Source: Vicugna vicugna
Taxonomy: Eukaryota
Length of the DNA: 64,000 bases
Assembly: GCA_013265495.1 (NCBI GenBank)
Contig: MU058337.1
Location: 4,754,716 to 4,818,715, forward strand
Direction: 5' to 3'
Position numbers and translations under genes: made by a program. Within the stretch, counting starts at the first letter, position 1. Each line of letters opens with the position of its first letter. Shown one piece after another: positions 52,576 through 64,000 of the stretch. Below the pieces are notes generated by a model. The model worked only from the letters and a program-made list of their open reading frames with translations, did not search any database and was not told where the DNA came from.

Positions 52576-54949
52576 GTGATTTTACAGGAGAATGGGTTCA
52601 TTTAAATTATGACATAAATTGCTGATATATATTCTAAGGGATTAACCAGGAAGTTAGCTTAGAATATGTTCCTTATCATTCAAGGCACAAGATTTTATAC
52701 ATCTATTTTCATGTTTAACATGGACCTCGTTTAAATGTTTTCCCATCTCTGTCGGTTTTGGATTGAGCAAGGTTCCAAGCCCCTTATTTAAGAAGCCATT
52801 TAGCCATTTTTCTTGCTGTTGTTAGTTTTCTGGTTGTGACTCTAGTTCCTGAAATTAATGAGAACTAGTCTTTGGGAAGATGGATTAGAGTCATTTGGCA
52901 AATGCCAGTTCCATTTTGTCTCTTAGCACAGCTTTCTCTTTTACAATGAGCACAAGTTAACAAGAGAAGACATGGTTTGAGTTTTGTTTTTTTTAAATAA
53001 GGCAAAGGAATTTCTTTGTAGGAGGGCTTACCAAATTCCAGCTGAAGTGAACTATATTCTATAGGTTTTTCCTTTTAAGTCCATTCTGTGAGATAAAGGC
53101 ATTTCAGAATAATCTTTCACATATATCGGTATTGTGGTATCTTTAGAGTGCTGTTGACAAAATGCTATTTTGTCTTAATTTGGTTTTTTTCCTTTTCCAT
53201 GTTGGATTTGCACCATAAATTTCTTGGTGGTAATTTTAAATATAGTCCCTGTAGAGCAATAACAGAATGGGTAAATTAAATATCTTGATATGGAATTTTT
53301 GAGTTCTCTGTTTCAGCTGCTTAAACAGTTATAGCCAATTTAAAAAACAATGGTTATTTTTGAGATTTCATTTGAAATGATATACTGCTGTAGGTATATG
53401 ATTCCATTTATAGATACTAAATCTGAAACATAATTTTACACTTGGAAACTCATTTTAGTTTTGCTTTTACAAATTTTACCATTTATGTTCACAATTAATA
53501 CCTAGGTGTGTGTAATACTACCTCAGAGTTTTGGCACATTTTAGCAATCAGTTATGTCCTTAGATATAAAGAGTTTGTAGTTTCACATGGAAAGCAAATG
53601 CACGTATTCACAGTAACGTAAATTAGTAACAATCTGTAAGATATGATAACTATATGATATATGACATCTATATGACAACGTTACAATCATAAAAATTGGA
53701 ACATGTGTATCTATTCAAAATAATAATTAGGTCATAATGAAGGAGCCAAAGGATGAAAAGTTACATTTGGTTAAAGGTGGTACAAAATGGCAGAAAATCT
53801 TGCTGAGAATATTTCAAACAATGTCAGTGAAGTTCTTGGGATGAGCAGTCACACAGAGCTGAAAATGTTGAATTGAAATGAGCAAAGCATCACATCCTGA
53901 GTGAAGGCAAAGTAAAATATGAAAAGTCTTGGGGATTCCTTGGTGTCCCCAAAAATTCTCCCTCATCGACTGATGCCTAAACTCTGTCATCAGAGTTTTA
54001 TTGCTTTTCCTAAAATGTTTGGTACATAGTTAAACATGCCAGGCCTCTACTGAGAGCTTCAAAGAATTTGCGGACCTCTAAAGGTGCAAAAGAGCAAGGT
54101 GAATAATTCTCTCTTTTGCCTGGCTTAAGGGTTATGCTTTGGCTGAACGAGGGAAAGAGGAGCAACAACTTGACTTTAGTCAAATAGCATGAGGAGTGTT
54201 TCTCATCCTCATGTACATTAATTCAGTTTTTTAAATTGTTTGTTTCTTTAACAAGAGTTGCCATTTTCTCTGCTGCTGTTCAATCTTCTCTTTAAAATGT
54301 TTTTAATAGCCCTGGAAAATGGGGAGAACGTTAGAATAAATTCATTAGAGCATCCTCACCCAAAGGAATGGGTCATCGCCTTGGAGCTGGAAGGATGGTC
54401 GGGTTCTCTGTGACCTGGTGGCCTGGTGACTCCCCAGGGTGGTCTCCTGATGCCCTCTGCTTTCTTAGATTTCTGTTGAGAGGCAAGTTTTATTTGGTCT
54501 TCAGTTCGATGGCACAGTATGACATAGCTAGTAAATGAACTTTTAAAAAATGTGGGTAAATTAGATCATTACCTATAGAGCATGATGAACTCTTCTGGAA
54601 CCAGGCTAATTCCCCATTCTGCTGTCTCTGCATTGAGCACCAGCTCCAGAGGGAGGAAGAGTCTATGTAGACAAAACACCAGCATTTATCCTTTTAGGTC
54701 TTAATCACTTCTAACACTTTTAAAAATAGCCTAGTCTTTCCAAACACTGTACGCATTTGGAATGTAGATGGTTGATTTTTGGAAGGAGATGAGGTAGAGA
54801 ACTGAGAGAGTGATGTTTAAATTTGCCAGTCTTGAAAGAGAAGAAAATGACCAGTAGCAGAACCAGCAGTCGAAGGGTGAGAAAGCACATTTGGAGGAAA
54901 TGAGGAAGATCCCAGCAGAATTCTCTAGAAGGCTGGCCTCTGGCAACTA

Positions 54950-55298
54950 CTGTAGCACCCGAACTGGGAATCACCCTTGACTCCTCATGCTCACCTTGGT
55001 TGGTTCTTGGTTCTTTCAGTGAATTCTGTGGACATTTCTTCAGAACATACCCCCAGTGTTACAACTTTTTACCACCTCCATTGTGAGAACTCCAGCCCAA
55101 GCCACCTCCCGTCCTGGATTAGTACAAAAAGCCCTCTGACTGGTCTTTCTGCCTCCACTCTTGTCCTTCCACAATCTATTCTCTGTCCAGAAACCAGATG
55201 GAGCCTGTTAAAACCTAGCTCAGTGGGCACCGTGCCTCTGCTCAGAAACCTCCAATGGCTTCTCAGGTCAATAAGAGGAAGAGCCAAAATCCTTATGG
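54950..55298 (+). mobile_element. LINE-2 fragment
   Basis: cccttgactcctc, ctggtctttctgcctccactct, ctgctcagaaacctccaatggcttctc and agccaaaatcctta. Confidence 0.8.
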
Positions 55299-55299
55299 G

Positions 55300-55655
55300 A
55301 AACGTGCTGGGACCACAGAGTGAGATTCTCTACCCTGTAGGCCTGAGCAGTGGCATTCCCAGAGGCTGGAGACAGCTGGAGCTGTGCAGAGGGTCGACCT
55401 TGTAGGATGAGGAGTCTTGGAGGAAAGTAGCCCCTGCTGAATCCGTGGCCAAGAGAGAGCAGGGGAAGAATTACCCCCGTCTCACTGCCCACTGTACTCT
55501 AGTCTCCTTCAACTGTCTAACACTGGCCAAACCCAGCTGGCAGCCAGGGGGCAAGGAAGCACGGGTTCTACAACCCATACGGCTATCACCTCACGTGGAG
55601 AGGAGCAGAAAGAGCAAGGGTGATGAGGGCGGGCAAACGGAGGAATGGCGTGGGT
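55300..55655 (-). mobile_element. ERVL LTR (LTR33-like) inserted in L2
   Basis: cactggccaaacccagctggcagccagggggcaaggaagc...gggcaaacggaggaat. Confidence 0.6.
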
Positions 55656-56223
55656 GATCCCTTGGCTTTATATTCTTAGCTCTGTGCTCGGCAGCCCACA
55701 GGGGAGAGTCTCAGGTGTCATCAGGCATGCCACACTCCAACTAGTCTAAGAGAGCAGCTTGAGCATCAGTTTTTGAGTTTCCAGTTCCCAGAGGCTTTTT
55801 GCCTTTCCCTGCTCCCTGCCTGCAGGATCTCCCAAAACCCCATCTTTGTTAAGAGGTAAGACTTAAGCACAGTCCCATTTTTTCCAGTGTGTCATGGTCC
55901 AGCTCAACTGGCAAGTACAGGTGATTGACATGCAAGGAGGCTGGTCTTGCGCCCTGCTGACCAGGGATCATTCTCAGAGAGGCTGGACCTTCACCCTACC
56001 CTCTAGGCCATTCAGTATTTTTGCAGGGGCTGGAGGTGACCGAGGAGTTGATGTAGTCCTAGATCACTACTTACTGCTGCTTCCTCCAACACCAAGATCT
56101 CCACGTACAGGGGAGCTGAGTATACTCAATGGAATTCACACCTGAGCTTTTTCTGGAGATCTAAGAACCAGTGATTTTTGTCACCATCAAGATCCTCTTC
56201 AAGTCCTGGAGATGCCGTCTTGA

Positions 56224-56325
56224 TGGGGATGCCAGGGTATAATTTGGGGGCAAACTTACACTAAAAATTATTCATTGTTTACGTAAAATCCAAATGTTAC
56301 TGTGTGTCCTTCATTTTTTCTGGCC
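56224..56325. mobile_element. MER53-like palindromic MITE, essentially one arm
   Basis: acttacactaaaaattattcattgtttacgtaaaatccaaatgttactg..gtcctt..ttttctggc. Confidence 0.7.
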
Positions 56326-58044
56326 CGCGCACTTGAGAGGACACAGCATACAACGTGAGTGCACTTAGGTCTTCCTGGCCAGGAGCAACCAAAAGAGAAC
56401 CAAGAGATGAAGTCGTTCAGGCCCCTTGGGGGTAACGCTTTGTAGTGCTTCAAAGTTTCTATCCCTCACCTGCCAGGCCACACACCCAGCAGGAGTCAGG
56501 GTGTACAGGGAGGGCTCTGAGTCTTCCTCCTTCCCCATCACTGAAACTTACCAGAACTTCCTAATATGCAACTTGCAGCAAGAAGTTTGTAATTGTCAGA
56601 TTTGTGACTGAATTGTCAAAATTACATGAAATCAGCTGCATACATTTTGAAACATAAGTTATAATTATATGTGTTCTCTAATAGGATGAAAAATTGCAAT
56701 TTGTCCTCAAGGGATACAATAAAACCATTGGAAAAACTGTAAGTGCTACCATGTCTACTACATTGGTGACCAACCCCAAAAGCAATTTTAGTGGCATTCA
56801 TGTGCCATATCTCATCAAACCCCAGCAGATCCCCCCCTACCCCAACCACCAGAAAGCTAAGTATCAGGAGCAGAAAGGTTGTTTGTGCCTGGAAATTGAT
56901 CCAACCTAGGGCTTGGCAACCTCTAAACTACCACCATTAGAGGGTCTTCATTGTGATGCTTCTGTGTGACACAGACAAGCACAGACAAACACACAACACA
57001 CACACGCAGATGCAAAAACACACATACGCACACACCCCCACACCTGAAGCTACCCGAGGCTGGCTTGGGCACCTGCACCAGCCCCATGAAGCTTCCTCAG
57101 AGTGGTCCTATACCCCATTCAAAACATCACATGTGGTTTGGACTTTGGGGTCCCTCTAGCGGAGAGGGTGATACACATTTCTTCTCTGCAAAGATTCTCC
57201 AGTGGTTGATGAAAACGAAAGAAAACCCGTTTCAGGGACGGGGATAGTGAGTCCAAGTAAGTATCTGAAAATTTACATTCCGCTCTAAGAATATGCATGG
57301 ATTTCGAATTATACTTTATAATAAATCCATTTTGGTATGACTCTAAAATATCTTAAATTATTTATATCTCAGGAAAATTCACACCCTGGGAAGTGGCCCC
57401 AAAGTTTATCTGCTGGCTTCCCACTGTCTGTTTACTTTCTAAGCCCTGATCTGAGCCAATACACCTGTACCAAGAGCAGGGCAGGTGCCAGAGGAGCTCC
57501 TGCCCCCTCTCCTGAGAGTTCACCAAGGCAAAGCCAGCAAAATTGCATCTGGCAAGGATGTTCTTGCCTCTCTGCACTATTCCAAGCTGTGTGATTCATC
57601 GCTTTTCAGATACCTTGAAAGTGGTTTTTTTTTGGTCATTTTTTTTTGGGGGGGCCCTGGAGGTTCTGTTAGTAAGCATCATTCATGGCCAAGGACGAAT
57701 TTTAAAATGTGTGAAACTACTTAAAATTAGAGTTCTGGCAATCCATTATTTTTTGAAAAAAATCAACTACTGCCAGACAGTATATTTTTTTCGTGTTGTT
57801 GATGTTACTGTCAATAGGATAATTTTGATTGAGGTAAATATTAAAACTACTCAGAGCTAGATTCATCCATGTTGTTGCGTGTGTCCATGGTTTGTGCTGT
57901 CCCTTTTATTGCTGAGTGGTTTCTGATGGTATGAATATATCATCACAACAGAGGTTTGATGTTTTTTTAATTTGGACTAATTATGGCATAACTAAGACCA
58001 CTGATCTGGTGATGGTGATATTTAATTTAGAGACACAGAATAAT

Positions 58045-58152
58045 GAGCTTTATTACCTAGAGCTTGGTGTTAAATTCTATCCATATTAGGTACTCAGTGA
58101 ATATTTATAAAGTGGATGAATGAATGAATGAATGAATGAACAAATGAATGAA
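58045..58152 (+). mobile_element. LINE-2 3' tail with (GAAT)n
   Basis: taggtactcagtgaatattt...gatgaatgaatgaatgaatgaatgaa. Confidence 0.7.
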
Positions 58153-58359
58153 AAGATCTACCCTACAAAAGAAAAATAGCCTATAATTATGGAAGTTGGG
58201 TATGTTCATCATAGAATATTTAAGAATATTCTACATTTAAGAAAATGCAGAATAAAAATTTCCCAGCAGATCATAATGAGAGGTAACCATGACAGAGATC
58301 TTGAAGTATTTGCTTATAAAATTAAAATCATACTGTACATATACTTTTTTCCTCTTAAC

Positions 58360-59155
58360 ATTTTATTATGAAGATTTTCCCTTTATTCAACTACTTTTGA
58401 AAACATTTTGATGGCTGTATACTATTTTAACACATGATCTACTAAAATGAATTTAATTATTCTGTTAATAAGTGATTTTTAGTTCTGTAAACCATGTTAA
58501 GACTACAGTGAATATGCTTTTAGACATATTGGCATAGATATTGACCTGATTATATCCTTAGTGGGAGCTTCTTGGTGTGGAATTACTAAACCAAAGCTAT
58601 GAAAAAAATCATAAAAATAAAATAACAATTTACTCTGTATCGCTAGACACTGATCAAATTCCCTGCATATGTACCAGAATAAAACATTAAGATTTTTAAA
58701 ATCTCTTGCCAATTTCCTAGGCAAAAAAATAAAAATAAAAAGGGGAGGGGCATTGTATTCCTGTTCAGTCTGAAGTTTGAGTTGGTGCATATCTGAATTT
58801 GTGTTTGTGTCCTTTGCATGTTTTTCTGTCATAATATGTATCTCATTGATCTTTAAAGCCTTACCTAACAGTGATAGCAAAACTTTCCATATTTGTAATT
58901 TCTTCGACTAATACTTTCACTCTATGCTTTTCCTTTGTTTTACACTCAGAATGTGTAAATACAGTCACACATATATTTACCAATACACCTTTTCTTGTTT
59001 CTTATCTATATTCATTTGTTTTAACATTTACCTTTTTAACAATTTAGAATTTATTTTTGCAAAAGACTTCAGGGAAGGCCTCACTTTAACTTTCTTTTTT
59101 TCACTGGTGTCTTTTCAGAATATAATCTTGAACAAAATGTGTTTTACCCATTGAC
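58360..59155 (-). mobile_element. Ancient LINE-1 fragment (L1ME-like)
   Basis: tgatggctgtatactatt, gtggaattactaaaccaaag, cttgccaatttcctaggcaaaaaa and aatttagaatttattttt. Confidence 0.6.
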
Positions 59156-60329
59156 TGGTAATTAGGGTTTGGAATATTCAGAAGTATGAACAATTATACT
59201 ATTAACTCAAATAGGCCTGTTCTGAGAAAATGGTGTGTCTGCACGTTGAATGACCAGATTATGACTTTATTTCTTTTATTATATTTTATAGTGAAATGTT
59301 ATAAATTATTAAAAGACAATTTCTCATCTGAAGATAATCTGTATTCATTGTCTAAATTGTAGAACAGTACTTAAAACTGTTAATTTGTTTTATACATAAA
59401 AACCACGTATATAGAAAAGTGTGAATACAGAAATATTAATATAGAAAATAATCTAGAATTTTATAAAATAGACACTTTGCTGTATTTTCTTAGTCTCTCT
59501 TTTTCTGTTACTTTTTACATAGTTTAAGTTCAACTGTTAATATGAATTTTTTAACATAATTAACTCAGGTATAATCAGGCCTTTGAAATAAAATATTGTG
59601 CAACCAGAGATACCTTCTACTTGGTAGTTATTGCTTCTTTCCAATTAGCGTAACAGACTAAGCCAATTAATGTAAAATTTAAGGAGCAAGTTAAACACTG
59701 ATTTTACATTATTGCAAAAATATCTTGCAATGAAATTGACAATAATGCTTCTCTCTGCAACTTTTTTTAAAAGGGGAAATACGTTTTGCTGGGTACATTT
59801 AGGTTTCTGGGCAGTGTTTCAATCGTGTATAAATGTTAGGCTTTATTAGCTAGTACTGGAATAGAACAAAACCCCTGAATATTTTAACCATCACTGAAGG
59901 CGGTACTGAATTCTTCAGGAACTGTGAGGTACAGGATGTGGCGTGATGCATGCCGAGTGTGGGGTAGAGAAGAGTGTGTGGGGAACGGGGCGACTCGGGA
60001 AACCCTGCAGGCCCAAGGCTTGCTCATGGCCTTAAAATCCACGTGATAGCCAAGCGGTTGCTGCGATGGGATGTGAACCCATGAAGGGAAAACTCAAGTG
60101 TTTTTTCACATCAGAGATCAAAACAGGTGCCCCTCTGGCTGGACAGAGGCCCCGGATGTATTTTCAGCATTTGCATTTCAGCAGTAGGGCGTGAAATTTC
60201 CAGTTTGCCACAAATACCACTACTCCTGTGGCTTTGCGTCAGCCAATTTGCACATTTATATTACTGGGTCTCCTCCAGTAAGACATTTTTTTGCTTTTGA
60301 GACCTTAATTTCCGACTTTGCTTCCCTCT

Positions 60330-61300
60330 TCCTCAAGTTTTTTATTTATATTTTTCTATCATCTGAGCGAGGTTTCAAGTAATTTCTTCCAGAAGTGTGA
60401 ATGAGTGATATGTTGTCCAGCTCTTGCTTATCTAAAAATGTCTTTCTGGAGGGAAGGTATAGCTCAATGGTAGAGTGCGTGCCTAGCATGTATGAATGAG
60501 GTCCTGGGCTCAATCCCCACTACCTCTATTTAAAAAAAAAGACAAATAATTTTTAAAAACCTAATTGCCCCCCAAACACAAAATAAAACAATCAAAGCAA
60601 TATAAAAAATAAAATGAAAATGTCTTTTCTATTTCCTCACTCAGTAAAGCAACTCGGCTGTGAATAAAATTAACAAGTCATGAGAGCTTTGCCTCAAAAT
60701 TCTGTCCAGTGTCTCTCCGTTGCTCTACGTTGGTTGGTTGACAATGCTGGCAGGATTAGGGGAGGGGACTGTTATTAATTTTGTTTAAAACTTGTAGGGC
60801 CCTGTATACAAATGACTTTTATTGGTTAGGACACACTTCTTTCATCAGGCTTTTAATATTGCTTCTATTCTTTATGATTCCTCAGTAATCCATTAATTCT
60901 GAGAAAGATATTTTGGTTTCCATCATTTATTTTTTTAGCCTCTTCTATTTTATTGCCTACAAATGGATTTTTTTCCCTATAACTTGTGGGAATGGTTCTG
61001 TTGGTTTGTCCTTACATCAGTGATTCAATTTGTCCCCAGCCACCCTTTGCTGCCTTCAATAAGGAAAGCAGTTCTGTTTCCTGAAATTCAACCTTCCCAC
61101 CGCCATCTGGTTATTTTACCTTTTTTCTCCACCTTCCTTGCTGTATGGCTTTCTCGTCTGCTTTCATAGAGACTCTATTTGCATCCTTATGAGACAGCTT
61201 TATCACAGCAGTGAGCTCTGCCCCTCAATTTTCATAATTTTCTCTTATTTTGCAGTAGTTTGCATGGAGACCCTAGTATTTATATTTGCCATTTCCATGC
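60330..61300 (-). mobile_element. Ancient LINE-1 fragment interrupted by a SINE
   Basis: atctaaaaatgtcttt..atttcctcactc...ggctgtgaataaaatt...tttgcctcaaaa resembles reverse internal L1M sequence; the right boundary is uncertain. Confidence 0.45.
60448..60616 (+). mobile_element. tRNA-derived SINE, camelid Vic-1-like
   Basis: A box tagctcaatgg (60460), B-box-like ggctcaatccc (60507), internal aaacctaattgccccc and an A-rich tail. TSD aaaatgtctttct (60435-60447) / aaaatgtcttttct (60617-60630). Confidence 0.9.
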
Positions 61301-62719
61301 TGTGTGTTGGGGAAGTGATTCTAGCCCAATTTACGTTTTCCAGTAGCAAGTCCATTTACAAGCATGCAGTTCCCCACCCCCCAGCCCCAGCCCCGCCCCA
61401 ACGCAGCAGGCGTTGACCTGTTGTTACTTTTCAGGGCTGAAACTGGACTTTCTCCTGTCCTTATCACCGAGACCTCTCACATTCAAGTTTCACATCAGTG
61501 ATGGAAAGTGCAAACTGTCGGTGCTACATTATTACCTAGTAGGTATCTTCTAAGGAGGAATGAAGACTAGAGAAAGATTGGATGTATCTAGTTATCTACC
61601 ACTGGTGTACAAAGATGGGATGTAGAAAGGGGGGAAATATATCAGTCACTTTCTGTTACATGTGAGAAAATTGCTCATGCACATCTACACAAGAAAGACA
61701 GTCATGAAGCCCAGTTACTGCTGCGTTTAGGGGGAGGGTTTTGTTAGTGAGTCTTGACATGATGATTATAAAAAAAAATCAAGAAGATGAAGGAAAAGTG
61801 GAACAAGTGGTAAACAGAGGGAGACCAGGAGAAAGTGAAAAGAAGGCAAGTCATGTATCAGGTAGATTACTGTCATTAATTTAAAACTGAATGTCCCCTG
61901 AAGGTAGCTGGGAGTGTCAGATCAGCGACCTCAAACTCCCCTGAAACACATTTTACTGTGATTTACGTGGATAATAGGAAAATTGCTTTGGTAGTTTTCT
62001 TTTTGCTTATCTGCAAAGACATTATTTTTAACCTTCCCCTACAGTCTTGGTCGGGTTCCCGCCTTGTTGTTTTGCTGTTATTTTGTTACCTCCTGTCTAC
62101 GCACAAGAGCTTCCAAGGGCAGGAGATAACTCTTGGGTTAGACTTCTTTTTCTCCTCCTGTGATATTTGCCTGTGATTTAGAGAGGAGCGAGGCTTATAG
62201 ATTTCATTCCTGGTGTAAGCTCTTACTTAAAGTTGTGAGTTACTTGATCATATATGCTTTCCCCCTCAGGTTTGCTTAGAAAAGTTTTTATTGATTTTTT
62301 CTTTTCTGTCCAGTAACATTGCAGAACCTTGGAGAACCAGTTACCAATTGGAGTTGACATTTGTATGTGGTTTGACTTAATGGCATTATTCATGAACACC
62401 ATATATGAAAATAGGTCTTTATGTTGTGGTCCATAGGGGAAAATTGTCTTGTTTAAAAACCATGTTTTATTTAAATAGATATCTCATGGTTGTCTTATAG
62501 TCCATGAAAACACTGGTATAATTCAATTAGTCAAAATACTGCTCTTACAGTGTAAATGGAAACCTTTTCTATGTCATAGCTCAAATACAGGGATTGGGGG
62601 TTTGAGAGAACAGGGTCTCAGCAGTTTTCAGCAGGCAGTGAAATCATGTCATTTCATCTCATTCATCACTATTAGCAGTCTTTCTAAATTATTTGCATGA
62701 TATGAAATAACCAAAAATC

Positions 62720-62900
62720 GTAGTTCTCTGGGAGGCAGAATGAATTCTGGTTCCGATTTATCAACATCTAGCTGGGTGGCCATGTATAAGTTACTTAATA
62801 ATCTTACACTGCAACTCAATATTCATATTTATGAAATGAGAGAATTGAACCAGATGATTTCAAGTGGCCTTTTCGGCATGAAAATGTGATGATCCCATGA
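62720..62900 (+). mobile_element. MIR (MIR3/MIRc-like)
   Basis: ctagctgggtggccatgtataagttacttaa...atgaaatgagagaattgaaccagatgatttc. Confidence 0.65.
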
Positions 62901-63109
62901 CTTGAAATAAAGCCGAGCTTTACATACGTATCGCTTCTTTTGTTCAAGTTTCTGTTGGAGACCTGAAGAAACATGGGACGTCAGAGTAGGCCAACGTGTG
63001 CTCTGAGGGCATAGTTTCAAGGAGTGAAGTAGGGACAAGAGCTTTTGCTGGGAAATGGTAGGAGATATGGTGAGCATATCACCGTGGTTAATGTCAGACT
63101 GTGGAGAGC

Positions 63110-63134
63110 TGTGTGTGTGTGTGTGTGTGTGTGT
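63110..63134. repeat. (TG)n microsatellite
   Basis: An uninterrupted tg run. Confidence 0.95.
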
Positions 63135-64000
63135 ATTCTACAAGCCACGGGGGACCCATGCAGCTTTTAGGCATGCCTATTTCATAATTCAGGCATGAAC
63201 CTAGGAGTGGTGTAGATGGGAAGCAGCGGCCTGGAGTGTCCTGTAATAGTCTGGATACAAAGTGATAAACACTGGCCCAGGAGGAGGCAGGTATTCTGCA
63301 GATGCAAGAGAGGTTTTAATGGAGTCCTAACAGATTCAGTAATAGTTAGACCATAATTAAAGAAAGACTGGGACTTAGGATTCATAAGAATAAAGGGAGA
63401 AATGTGTGTGAAGAGGAATACTTCCTTCTAGAAACTTTGGAAACACTGAAGGTTACCATCTGGAAATTCCGAAGCAAACTGGAGGGACCAAGCATTGTGT
63501 TATTTATTTGGCTCCATAAACCTTTTTGTTGGGAGCTTTGTCAACGTGAAATTAAAAGAAAAACTCAGGCCTGTCGGTGTCTTTACTGATCACTGTCTTT
63601 GGTAAAATAGCACTGTTATTGATAAGGTAATTCCACAGGTTCTTCTATTTTTGAGTGCCTTATTGGTTTTCAGTTGAGAATCAGGAACCTGATGCAAATT
63701 AGATGTCAGAAAAAGTAACAGCTTTTCTAACATGTTCTCAAATCAGGTGCTACGGTAACAATGATAAAGAACTTTAGGCAAATGATAAAGCACTTATTAG
63801 ACATTGAGCCAAGCTTAATTTTTTTAAATAGAAGTCACTATTATGAATTAGTTTCCCATTTAAAATTCTGGGCATTCTACCATGATAATTTGTAATACAT
63901 TAATAATCCCCTGCTTAACATCAGGGTCTATTTTAAGCCAAATGTTATTATTAATGTATTACTTAAGTATACTCTTGTGCGCTGACATCCTTAACTAGTT

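Noticed and set aside
52330..55200. Inverted homologous L2 pair as a dsRNA/hairpin
   Set aside because: Both copies are ancient and too diverged to pair stably.
60448..60530. tRNA gene
   Set aside because: The tRNA-like head has a degenerate B box and extra bases, runs into an A-rich tail and has a TSD, so it is a SINE.
119..63589. The ORF track as protein-coding genes
   Set aside because: All ORFs are short (at most 142 aa), many start at non-ATG codons, and they overlap on both strands. The only recognisable peptides are broken L1 pieces, as expected for non-coding mammalian DNA.

Overview
This is AT-rich, CpG-depleted mammalian genomic DNA, most likely from a camelid: it carries a tRNA-derived SINE resembling Vic-1 at ~60.4 kb and a camelid-type L1 3' end at ~9.1 kb. 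I see no recognisable host protein-coding gene, RNA gene, CRISPR array or prokaryote-type system. The only ORF-track peptides I recognise are decayed LINE-1 ORF2 fragments. The window alternates interspersed repeats (L1, L2, MIR, ERVL/MaLR LTRs, hAT and Tigger MITEs) with repeat-poor blocks carrying enhancer-like motif clusters and one strong CTCF motif. Nearly all L1s and LTRs lie on the - strand, which suggests intronic sequence of a large + strand gene. The most unusual structures are: (1) a TSD-bounded chimeric insertion joining an L1 fragment to a polyadenylated non-L1 3' end (15.45-16.17 kb); (2) a short twin-primed, inverted L1 with a possible micro-transduction (9.0-9.3 kb); (3) a perfect 25-bp templated copy inside an ancient L1-type element; (4) a candidate alternative promoter and first exon (~26.9-27.3 kb). 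Repeat family names come from recalled consensus sequences, not a database search, and boundaries of old repeats are approximate. I found no convincing novel multi-gene system.
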